This document shows, one piece after another, positions 24,062-37,400 of a stretch of DNA of 64,000 nucleotides. Where the stretch lies: contig OZ316775.1 in NCBI GenBank assembly GCA_973851085.1, forward strand, positions 5,270,001 through 5,334,000. Reading direction: 5' to 3'. Position 1 is the first letter of the stretch. Each line of letters opens with the position of its first letter. A model generated the notes under the pieces. It did no database searches and was not told the DNA's origin. It was given only the letters and a program-made list of their open reading frames with translations. This DNA is from Ptychomitrium polyphyllum (Eukaryota). Both the position numbers and the translations under genes were made by a program.

Positions 24062-27000
24062 GCATAAGGTTTTGATTTGTGATAAGAATATAAATGCCTA
24101 CATTTTAACCACTAAGGAGCCAATTTCATAACAATGTGCACAACCTTTAATAGATGGGCATCTATTAAAATAACATGTTTACCATATCCTTGTATAATTA
24201 GATATTGGTAGTATTTTAAGTGGTGATTGAGATATAAAGGAGTTCAATTGAAGGAGCTTTTTATCAAACTATTTTCCAGCTTTTGTATATACAAAGAAGG
24301 ATGAAAAATCATTTGTGTGTAGATTAGCAAGCACTGGTAATTGAACGCCATTTTGCCTTATTACATATTGAAATCTAAATCCAATACAAAATAAACATAG
24401 TCCCCTACTATGAGATTCTTCTTAATCCTAAATTTTATTTTTCCATGCTTTCCACTATCAATATTCATGAATGCAAAATCAATATCAGTACTTCCAACCA
24501 TTTTCCATACCATGACCTCCATTATTCCTACTTTAACCTACATCTTCTTGCTTCTAATCTTTTTGATTGCCCTACCTTAATATTTACCTTTCCTTTTTAA
24601 GATAAGTACAAACCTAATATCAACACCTTTATTAAGACTTTTAATAAAATGTATTTACAAAAAAATTATATTATTCAAATTTATAATAATATGACTAGCA
24701 TTTGATTTAGCAAGAAGTAAGATGAAATACTATTGATTTAAAATTTCTCCAAACGTGGTGATATTGGTAGAAAATAGAGTGGTTTTGCATTTACTCCCCT
24801 TACTATGGTTACTTCAATAAAATACCTTTTAACATATAGTATTGTTTATAGTATAGATAATTTCCTTGGAATGCCCTTCTTTTTTCTTTTCTTGCTAACC
24901 AAGTATATAAAATAATAACATTGAAAGAAAAAAAATATACATATATATTTTACACTTTGGAAGGCACGCATGGTTTTTTCTTATTGAAGCAATTTAATGA
25001 AGATGTAATATCAATCTAATAGTCTTATAATCTCATCTTTAAAATAATGCACGTTTTTCTTACATCTATCCAATTTGCTACAATCTTCATTGTTTTTTTA
25101 TCCTTATTAGAGATTTATAACAAGTTTTTAATCTCTAATAAATTCTACATCAATATGCTATCTATTATGTACTTGATTGCAATGTGAATGCACCAAAATT
25201 AATAACTAATATAATTAAAAATATTAGCAACATCCTTTCTATTATCTTTTGAGTTTAAATCTCTAAGCATTGAAGGCACTTCACTCTTCACAAGTAATTA
25301 CCAAGATGAAGTTTTGAAGCACAATGTTTATAGAAGACTAAATTTTACACTATGGATTACACAATTGAGCATGTTTGGATGAAAATAACAACCCTAAAAG
25401 AATAAGTTGTTGAAGACTTCATCACTCTTATTCATTATTATAGGCAAAAAGAGATTGATACATTTCAAATGAAAAACAATAATAATTTATTTTTTATACA
25501 TTCAATGAAGATTGACACCTAATAAAAATTAATTGGCAATAGATGTATATTATGAGGCACATTGCTCAAAACAAGTGTTAGTTTTTATGGTCCATTGTTA
25601 ATATATCTTCATTTAAAATTACATCAATGCTTAGATTCCAATAAGATATCATTTCAAATTACTAAGTTTTATCTTTATTTTTTAGAATCTTTATATCACC
25701 TTTAATTCTATCATTTGTCATTTTAACGCACATTAATGCACCAAAAAATATTTTTGATTTCAATCCTTTGAATCCCATATAACCACTCATCAAACGCTAT
25801 GAATTGCTCTCAATTCCAATACATGCATGTATAACATACTTTGTGGATTTCATTTGTGGATTTCAAATGTGAATTCCATGTGTGACATACTCAACAATGC
25901 ATTTGTATATTTGAATCTGATATGCACAAAAACATGTGTTTTGTTAAAATAATCATTATACATGCATGTATTTGAAGGAACCCATGGAGCTTTTTTCTTT
26001 TTCCTTATACAAGGAAATATTGTAGTACTTGTTGCGTTGTTCAGTCACATACCATATTTGGGATTATTATTTTTGTCCATCAATGTCAAAATAAAACAAT
26101 AAAAATCAAACTTCTTCACAAAGCAGTTTGGACGGTAAAGGGTTAAAGTGAAATGATGAGAGCTGGTATTGTCATGATAGGAAGTTAGTGGGAGTGAAGT
26201 GTTCATTAAGATAAATGCATTTCCACTCCCTTTCACCTTTGTAACAAGGACTGGCCATTCCTATCTTTGAAGGTCCTGGGGTTGTCTAGTAAATACCTGT
26301 CAATCAATTGTTGTTGGGCAATTAGATTCAACTTGGAGTACCCAAGGCCATCACTTCCTGTGTCAATCTTCATGAATGGCACACATGATGTGATATTGTG
26401 TACAATAGCATAGCTGTCCAAGCAGACGTCACCACATGATAAACTTCATAAAAACATGTGGATAATTGTATTTCAATTGGTAAAGATTTGCAAGAAGAGA
26501 AGTTGATTCATTGGAACATTTGCTAACCCTGTTTTACTCTTAGAATTATAAATTAAAATATGGTGTAGAAGTGTCCAGCCCTTCTTCTAGGAAGTAATGG
26601 CATTTAGAATTGCAGAGATACCAAAATCAGTTTGTTTGTAAGCCCACTTTACAATCCTGTACCTTGAAATGTTTATTAGGAACAGTCATCCCTTCAACAT
26701 GGGAAGTATTTTTAGCCTCACAACATGTCAATAGTTAATAAGCCATATTTTTCTTCAGAATATCAAAAGATTACTAAATTCTTTTATCACAAGTTAGAAT
26801 TATAAAGTGAAAGTGTTCAGAGAAGAATGCTAAGAAGGTCAAGCCTAAGGTATAATGAAACAAACTCTTTTATATACTGTAAGAAAAGTTGCAACAATCC
26901 AAAAAGACATTATATTTGCACCCCAACCAACAATCTCAGATTTGTAATAGTTTAGGACTCAACTCTAGATTTTGACATAGTGTAAGACATAACAAACATA

Positions 27001-30000
27001 GTGTAAATAGTGTAAATAGTGTAAATTCATTCTAAAAGCTATCCTAAAGAAGAAATTACCCTCAAACATTACAATAGAAGATTTGAAGTGATAAATATCT
27101 TAAATAATAATATGAATTTGGAAGCAAGTAAAAACAAGTCCATTGTGATTTTAGTTTAGAATTTAAGGTTTTTGGAAACCATACAAAGGTTCTCTTTAAT
27201 ACTAATTTTTTTTCTTTAGTTATCAAAAAACTTTTGTATGTTAAATTAAAGTTCTCCATACATGTGCTTGCCAACAACAAGCTACATTATTCATGATCAA
27301 TTATTGTCGCATAAAAATAAATTAAGTTAAAAAAATGTGCAATTTATGATATAATATAAAATCCAAAATTCCTTTAAGATAACTCTAATAATTACTACAG
27401 CCTTGATTCTTTATTGCCAAGTTTTAACAATAAGTCAAACTTGTTATTTAATCTCAAATTTTGTATTCAAAAATAAATCTTAATTTAAAAAATAATTTTA
27501 TACATACTTCTTTTGGTCTTCTATTTAATCAAATCTAATTAAATCTAAGCCTTTTAAAATTAATTAATTCAATCCAAAGTTAAGATGTTTTTTTAAAAGA
27601 TTAAACCTTTGAAAAATTGTAATGTTTTCTTTTTAAAAACAACTTAAAGTTTAGAACCAAAGAAAACAAAAATAATTATAATGAAAGTAGATGTGGGTTT
27701 TTTTCTCACTTTACTTGTAAATGAAATCTGAATTAAAAATGTGTTTTATAGTACATGTTGAATCTCGAAGTTTTAAGCTTTTAAGTCTCATATTTTTTGC
27801 AATTGTTGTTGGTTTATTTGTTGAGATCAAGCCCCAGCCGCACTGGTTGAATAAGAAACCAGAAATTAAAGGCTAGTTAAAATATAACTTCAAATAGAAT
27901 AATTTGGGTTGAGATCATAGGTTAAAATCCTGTTAGGATTAGACCTAACGTCCTTTAGCATCATTTGCTGCAACTTTGTGACATTGTGATAATTGGAGAG
28001 TTCCTTATCATTTTGGCTTTGTGTGGTGTGGTTGAGAAATTAAGAATCAGACTCACCATGCTTGCAATCTCCAAGAGAGTAAGAGATGATTACCACTTCA
28101 CACTGACAATAATAAAATTCCTATAATGAACTTTTCATAGCTGAAATAAGAACTGCATCTTCTATGCAAAGATCATACTTGCTTTGACCACCAGCACATT
28201 CTATCCAAAGTTCAAGTTATATGCTTTTCTTTGATTTGCAAAAATCATGTATAAATTCAATATCATTGGGAAATTGAATGTGCAGCTTGCACATCACATT
28301 AATGAACCAAAATGCAAAGTCTGCCAACCTAACAAACACATTGGATAATCCCTGAATTGCAGTGATCCAACAAATACAAGTTCTAATCAACTCAAATAAT
28401 CAAATTTGCAATATTCTTGTGTAAAAGGACAGATCTGCCTTCTTCAGGATTGTCAAGTGATAAATGTTTGCCAAGACACCCTTGCAGAGATTGCATTACA
28501 ACACTAATAAAATATTCAACTTACATTCGTCAAATTTACCATCTAAATTTATATTCAATTTTTCGAAAAAAACATCAAATCATACCTTGATTATTTTATT
28601 TTGATGTAAACGGTTTATAGGATTCTCTTAGTTTAAGTTTTTATAGAAATAGAATTTATAATTTGAATTGATACAAAGAAATACCATTAGATTGCTTAAA
28701 TTTGCTTCATTTAAAAAAAAATATGAAATGTAAATTTTGTCATATTTTTTAAATGAAATTTCAAAATATAGCATTATAATAATTTGGTTGAATTGACAAT
28801 CTAATGATTAGAAGGTTAAGATATTAATCAAACAATATATCAACAAAAGAATTAACAAAATATATTAACAAAAGTATGAAATAAAGCATTTATTTGAACA
28901 TTATTGAAGAATGTAGCAATATAATTTTTTGTAGAGATTTTGTTTCACCAATGATTAAATTATTTTTAAAAGAAATCACGATATTAATGGGACGTGGTAA
29001 TTAAGTTGAAATTCAAAAAAGAATGTAAATATGAACAATTCTTTGATCCTAAAATTGATTATAGAAACATGTGTTCATTGTATTAAAAAAGAATGTAAAT
29101 ATGATTGTGGAATCTTGAAATCCAAATTGAATATAAACTTTATAGCTTTACTCAATCAAAGTTTTTGAGAGACTAAGTCCTTATTGGCCACAATATTTGA
29201 TTAATTTTAAGTTCATGTTTAGCATTTTCTACTATCCAATTTTCAATTGATGTCTAATAAATAGTTCTCTCCATGTTTCTTTATTTCCTTTTCCAAAATG
29301 GAGCCTAGAGAAGATCAAATGAGGCTAGAACTAAATGCTATTCAGCCATAATTCAAAATTATTATTACAAGTTGTAAATTATTTATTTCCACCCATTTGT
29401 ATGAGGAATTAAATTTTTTCACAAGTAGGAAAAGGATGATTTCACATGTTAAAACCAATAATTACCTTACCTGCACTATTTAGATTATGTGAAGACATAA
29501 AAAAAAATCCTTTGAACTTTGAACATTTTGGAAAAATAATGCATAATGTTCCAAATGAAATATTTGAAACATTACTCACTTGTGATTTGAATTCCAGGTA
29601 CCAACATCTTGTTTGAAAACTAAATAAAATGAATAAAAAAAACACATCAATCATTAATGCAATTTCAAACACAAAAGTTTCTACAGAAATTTCTTTGCAC
29701 TTTGTAATGAAAGTTTACTTTGGAGTATCTACTTCCATGTCAAGATGTACTTCATGTTATTTCATATCAAGATGTTGCTCATCCTGGTGATCAATTGAAC
29801 ATTAGCTTAAAAACAATTAGGGGTTTGAATGTGCAGGAAAATAAAAAAGCCAACTACCTTAGGCTCACAAAACGTGACTTATAGCCTTGTACTGTGGCAA
29901 TTTATACGCATGCTTCAGAAACTGCGAGACTTAGCTTAATCTGATTTTTATTGATTGGACTGAAAATTCTAATTTTTTTGCATGAGCGTAAAATTTGAGG

Positions 30001-31401
30001 AGAGGACTTGTGACATGAAGCCGACAAATTCAAGTGCCTGATGTACTGCCACAGAGATTAGAGAAGATGAAAAGGCGGATACAATTTTAAATCTTGAATT
30101 CAACTCTGGTGCGGACCGTCTTGTAATCTGACAACCAAGATCGAATTTTAATTAGTGAATTAGCAGCCAATGCGGTCAGCCATTAACCGTCAGCGTTTGA
30201 GTCTATTATCCCTTCAATTAAGCCTTAGATGATAAACCTAAACTTTAAGAATTTTAAGCATATTTGAGTTCAAAGACTAATTATAAAGTTAGTTACATTC
30301 TAAAGATGCAAGTGCATACTATATTTTTCTTATGGATGGTGTCTTGGAGAGAATTATGTATGAATCTTTTTTTTTTTCATAACATTTCACGGTCATAGTG
30401 GTTTGTTTGAAAACTATAAAACCTTGTCAAAGGTTGATGTTTAGAATGGATTCCTTGGAAGTTATTGCCTAGTTCTTTGGCTCCCTCATCAAGTACAAGT
30501 AGGCACTTCATTGACACTTACTTCCTCATTTCTTACTTACATTGTCATGTACAATATGGATATCCTCTTCCTTCTCCTCCTCCACTTATTCCCGTTCCTT
30601 GTTCTTTTTCCTTTTCTTTATCATATAGCTTCCTACCATTGCATTATGTAAATTTTTACTATGCCAAATACATCATTTAATGTTGTTATTTGATTATTTT
30701 CATTAACATTGAATAGTATTACTTTGTATAAATAATACCACATATATCAATATGTATAGATTTGATTTTTAGAATTCGTGTTATTAATTTAGAAAGAATA
30801 TAAAACTAATTAATATAATAAATAAAATGAATAATAATACTTGTATAGCTTCCAAAGCTTGTTCAATGCTCAATTTAATAATTACAAATCTAAAAATTCA
30901 AATAAGTACCTCAAAGGTTCACTTCACATCTATCTTATATCATTTTAATGCATTGTCATATGTGTTAGTGGTCTATATTAGAGCTTCAAGAAGGATTTAT
31001 GCAATGTTTGTCTAATTTTAGATCTTTTTGGACTTATTGTATATCCTTTTCATTATAATTCCATTGATAATTTGTAGCAAGTCAATTTTAGAATTATTTA
31101 TGTTGTTTAAAGGAAAAAAGTTGTGATTTTTTAAGAATCCAATTTTTATTATCAATTATTTGTGGCTTATCTTGGATAGTTGTTGCTATAAATATCCATC
31201 ACAAAACAAGAAGCTTATTTAATCTTCCAACTTTTGTTGTATAGACATAATTTCCAAAAATTCATCTTTTATGCTTAAATTCATAACCTATAGTTAATTT
31301 CATTCCAAAGTATTACTACAATCAAACCTTGTTAATACAACACTCAATTATACAACAATCCCAATTATACAACATATTTTTGCATAACCGTTTATCTAGT
31401 T

Positions 31402-31476
31402 CAAAATTCCTTCTAGAATACAATTACAAAATTCCTTCTAGAATACAATTACAAAATTCCTTCTAGAATACAATTA
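31402..31476. repeat. Perfect 25-bp tandem repeat x3
   Basis: caaaattccttctagaatacaatta repeated three times with no spacers. Confidence 0.95.
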
Positions 31477-34400
31477 TGACACGTTGTAATACAATAATCA
31501 AAACCTTCCATTTGTCATATAATAGAGGTAATTAATTCTTAATATACATGAATTTCGTCTAAAATGATGAATATTTGAAAATTGATATGGTGTTTCATTC
31601 ATCTATAATATAATCATATAGAATAGTGACGGCTAAGGTTAGAAAATGGCATTTAAAATTCAGCTGATGTAGTTGTTAGGACTGGTTGCCATTAGGGTTC
31701 AATGAAGAGTCTTCTCCTACTATAAGTAAATAATATTAGAAATAAAAATGTTCTTACTTCATATTTTTTTATTGCAATATTTCATAACCATTGTAATATG
31801 TTTCCATGCTTATTTTGGTTAAAGCCCTTGAACCTTAATAATGTGACACTAGACGTTCCAAATATCATATAATTGAAAATGCATTATTTCAGTAATACAA
31901 CAATTTTCTTGTTTTCCAAATTTTTCATATTAGAGAAGAACAACAATAGCACCATATATTGAATACAAAGTGAAATTTGCAATTATGCAATTCAAAATTG
32001 CCACTTTATATTTGTCCTTAAATTAATGTCACATATTATAAGTGTCATATTAATAATATAAGTGATGGTACTTTATAATCCTAATCCTCAAAATAGTTGT
32101 TAAAATTAGAATGAATTTGATAGAACTCCCCTACTGCCACCCTACTCTACAGTCTTTGTGGCTATAGGGTCTTTTTGCTACATAAAATACTGTACAGCCA
32201 TGGGGAGGCACTTTCCTTTTGAAAGTTATTAGATTCATGTGCAACCTATGTTGTGCTCTTAGTACCTTTGTGGTGTGTAATGCCTTTTGGCAAAGATTTT
32301 TAAAAACTTTCCATGGTTGAATTTTCTATCATATGGAGAACTCTCCTTCTATGAGAAAGGCTTTAACCATTTTTTTAATCATTTTTAATTTTCAGTAAGA
32401 CAAGTATTTATTACTTGTTATTATTCAGGCCATTATTTATTGGAAATGTTTTTTTCGTACAATCAGTAAACTAATGTCTACACAACAGTCGAGATTTAAA
32501 GGCTATTACTTTGAAAAAAAAACATTCAAAAATGTTCAAGATGATTTTCTCATCTTCTAAATATAACTTCCAAAATGACAGTAATCAGTTAAGTTTCACC
32601 TTTAGCAATGTTGAATTTTCTTTTTAGATAATGATTCATAGCAGTTACAAAATATTGCCATGGCTTTAAGTTTTTTAATATATCTTCAAAGTTCTTCATT
32701 ACTATGTACACACCTTTTGCTTTTTTCCAAAGTGTTTTTAAATATTTTCATAATTGATATTGGTTTATTTTTACTAATTTAAAAAAAAACTTCATTGCAA
32801 TTTCATATATAATGACTAAATTTGAAAAATTATAGGATGTGATCAGGATTATAGCCACATGATAGAGTCTCTTAAAAATAATCACAAAGAAAAATATAAT
32901 CATAATGAAAATTTTATCCGATTTTTGCTAGTTTTATCCATTTCAATCATTTTCTGTCATTTTTGACTCAATGAAAAAAGTGTACAGTGCTTTTTTGGTT
33001 GAATCTTATCCAAAAAATGAACTTAATATTTGCCCATGGGCTTGTGAACTTGCTATGTGGCTAAGATATATAATTCCATATATCAATATACATGGTATTA
33101 CAATATTTCATTCATAGTTGGAAAAAATTCAAATAAAGGGTGAATACAGCTAAAAAATAGTGAAAGCATCCAATTAAAAAATATGTCATCAGAATACTAC
33201 ATAGGAAAGAAATCTGATTATTGAATAACAATATTTTTTCATAATGTCCTTTTATCTTATTTGTTGCTTAGAACTGAAAAAAATTAATGAACTTCTTCCA
33301 TGTTTTTAAAATTTTTAAAATTTTTAAAATTTTTTTTTATAAGAGGAGGTTTTCAATCTTTGAACACTGCAAGGAAGAAATAGTTTATGAATTAATTTGA
33401 CTTTTTGCTCATGCACATGTATACATTTGTTAATTATATAAAGACCTTATATGAGCATAAAATTTTAAGATAATATATAATACAAATATTTAAATGGCAA
33501 ATTGACAATATAATTTCTTTAAAGTTGTTAAACAGACCATTCAAAATAAATCATTTTTTTATGTTTTTTCCAATATGTATATGATTACCTATTTGAATTT
33601 AAAGAAAGTTAAATATACCAACAGAAAAGCCTTATTATTCATATGGAAAAAAATTAACAATCTTAATGGAGGTCCAAATATTATTAAACACAACAATTTA
33701 CAACTTAATATGTGAACATTTAGTTCAATTCAAAAAGCCCTTTTAAAACAATATAAGAACCATATGAGAAATACAATAATATTCATTAAATTTATACATG
33801 TTTCAAAAAAATTTAAAAATCATGTTTAATATTTTTACACGTTTGATATATGCTTCCTATATATTTTATGGTGAGATTTAATTTAGTAATATACTTGGTA
33901 ACTTGTAGTTTTTTTTAGAATTGGACATAAAATTAACTTCTTCTAAATTATAGGTATATATAAATCTATTGTATGAATTTTAGAAATAGTAATATAATTT
34001 AGTGTTTTTTTGATATATGTGAAATCAAAAGATGTTATAAAATATCTTAATAAGAATAGGAAATTACATGGATTAAGTAAACATCTAAGTGGTTATATTT
34101 TACATAAACTCTTAAATGATATCAATTATTCTTTTTGTTATTTAAAAGAAAATGTGGTAAATTTATGTAAATTAATTAGATTTAATTTCACTTACATAAA
34201 GAGCTATATTTTGTATGTATTAACAAAAAAATTCTGAATTTTTAAAATGAACTTCCTAAAATTGTGCATTATTACACAATCTTAACATGATCCTTTATCA
34301 AAAACATCAATTGCATCCACATGCCAAAATTTCATCAAAGTATCCAATATGGTTTAACATGTGTATTCTTCTCAGTGTTGCAATGCTACAAACTTTATAT

Positions 34401-37400
34401 TCACTTTGTAATTATTACTACTTGTATTATGTGCCTAGTTTATTCTATTATAATGTTTTTCAATGTAAAAATAATAAAAACCATTCGTTTTTGAAGAAAA
34501 TGAGTGAAAAAATTCACCATGTTACCTTCATAAGTTAAAATCTTTATATCTTAGATATTTTAATTCATGAACCAAATAACAATACAAAACATCTTTTCAA
34601 TTATTTTAGCTCTTGAAAACACATAGTTGAACTTGAATGACACCATTTTTCTTTTCATAAAATTTTATACATGTATTGTTATATCAAAGGATTTAAAGAA
34701 TCATTCCATCATTCAAGTGTATTCATCAAAAAATCTTTGTTGTTGTCTTGACATCAAATTGACGTAAAAATGCATAGGTTAAATTGACATCAAAATAATA
34801 TAAAGATCACATCAAAATGACACAAATTTAAATACTAACAAAATGGCATCAATGGAGCTTGTATTAAAATGGTATAAAAATGACAATATATGTAATTTTG
34901 ACTTCATTTTAAAATTTATGTGATGTTGAATTATTTTTTTGAAGTTCATTGATGTTATTCCATAGTAAAAAACTTGTCCAAATGAAATTTTTGGAAATTT
35001 ATATGTCAAGTCACAATACTAGACTTATGACGTCCTTCATTCACTGCCACATACCCTTGCAATCATTTAGTATTGGTTTCCCATTTTCCATTTAATGGTA
35101 TGATGCCTTGCACATTGTACGTGAAAGGTCATTTGTTGGTTGTGGATAGTGGACACAATGTCCAGTTCAAATAAACAGAACTACAATGTGATCTGATTTG
35201 CACAAGGATGTCAGTTTGCATTGTACTCAGGTACCTAATCAAATTTCTCACCCGACTGTGCATGCCTGGACATCTGGACTCTGCAAGGCTCACATCACAT
35301 TCTTAACATTGTTGTGATCTTTGCATTGTTTGAGATGGAAGCACCAATTTCCAACACTAAGGGTTTTTCTTTTTGCATACTTCATTTAGAGAATGTGAAT
35401 GAAATTAACATTGTTATGCAGAAAATGTCCAAAAATTATCATGGTATACTTATTTACATAACATTATTTAGAAGCATGATCTAGCACTACTATCATATTA
35501 GAACATTTAGACCAAATATTCAATCATACACAATGTTTGGTAGACATTAGTACTTAAAAACAAAAAATGAAGTATTGTTCTAATATTTTACATTGTAGAG
35601 CAATGTGGTTCAACCAAAGAATGTTGTTTAATGATTACAACAATTTGCCTTAAAATAAAAGTACGTAGAAGCAATTCAAAGCATGTGGAAATAAAGAGTG
35701 ATGTAATGCACTTCTAGATGTCTTCTAAGCTCAAATAAAATATTTCCAACACACACAACAATATACCTTTCAAGGAGGAATTATATTTGCTAGAATTGTA
35801 TAGATATATATATTTCTTTCCAAAACATATACTAATTTTACAAATAAGGGTTGTTTAATATCTGAGATTCAATTAACCATTTTATATACAAGACAAAACC
35901 AATGGCAAAAATGATAGAATAAAAACTACTTTTATAAGCCTAGTCACAAATATTAGCTTAAACTGGGTAATTGTATGAGAATACATTCTAATTTTTGTGG
36001 ACTAAGGCTTGAGGTTTTAAACAAAAATGCTCATTTTTTGTAATATAATGATAATTTTTCATATTTATTGATTTACAATTAAATAAATCAAATTACTATA
36101 AGAAAAAAAAATTGTTTAATGATTCTTTGAAGCTACATCTTGATTTCTGTCAAATCAATCCTTTATATTATAGACTAACTATGGCTATAAATCAAAGCAA
36201 CATCCAATATAAGATATACTATAAGTTCTTAAGTCTTTTAAAAGAGAAACCTTTAATTTTGTATTGATATATCAAAATTTATTAGGTAATTTGTTTCATA
36301 TTAATTTAGTATTTTTTAATTTATTTTTTGTGAATGGTTAAGTCTATAAATGATTAATCCTCTCATCATTTTTTAGACAAAATATAAAACTACATTTGAT
36401 AAGTATATGTTGGTTTATTTAGGATATAAAGGGTTGATGAGAAGTATTATGAAAACTAAAGAAACAAGTTGATAGGAATGCACAAGTTTTGATTCAAAAT
36501 AAAATTTCTATAAAATAAAAAAGAGATAAAATTTACATAATATGAATTAAGACTGTGATGTTCTATTCAAAAGATAAAATTAATGGCAAATAGAAAAAAC
36601 TAAAATCACCATCAAGCACATGTTTTGTGGAGGGTTTATTATTGAAAGATTAGAAAAACTATATAATTTGAAAGACACCATAGTATAGTATTTGTTTTAG
36701 GCTTAGAAAATAATATAAAATAAAATAAAATAAAATAAAAAATAATTATTTTATTTTTATTATTATTATAAATAAAAAATAATGTACAATTTTCATTTGT
36801 TTTCAAACCTTAGCATGAATGAAGCAAGATTTTAAGATATTTACTATATGGTCTATTAATATGTACAGTCCTTGGTGAAATTTCTACTCTAGGCCTTCAC
36901 AGCAATGGAGTTTAGGGACTCCTAGAGCCAGGCAACAGGAAATATTAGATTTAGATTTTGGGGGTTAGGAGTATGAAGTGACATGTGATACAATTTACAA
37001 GTTACAGTGGTGTTGTACTGCAAACTTTTGCAATGCGTACTGCGATATTTAATACTGTCACTAAGGTGTAATGGTAGTATTGCAGAGACTCTTTTGTGAA
37101 TGTGTTTGAATCCAATGGATGTACAAGCCTCTGTGGTTTCACTTTCAGGCCTCAAAAGTCTATGTCACTGAAGGTTACTTCTGGGAACTGCAACAGAGAC
37201 AGTTACATGAAAGGCATAGCAATTCATAGGGCAATACCTTTGAAAAATTGCCAGTGCCCTGCTCTTACTCTGCAAAATGCAGGCTGACCAGGGTCCATCA
37301 CCACCTCCAGTCTTTCAAAATGGTCTGCAAAATTCTTGACTAAGATGACAAAGATCCACTGTCCACCAATCAATATTGTGGCAGCATCTCGGCTAAAAAA

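Noticed and set aside
31402..31476. 25-bp repeats as a CRISPR array
   Set aside because: Head-to-tail with no spacers, eukaryotic context, no cas genes.
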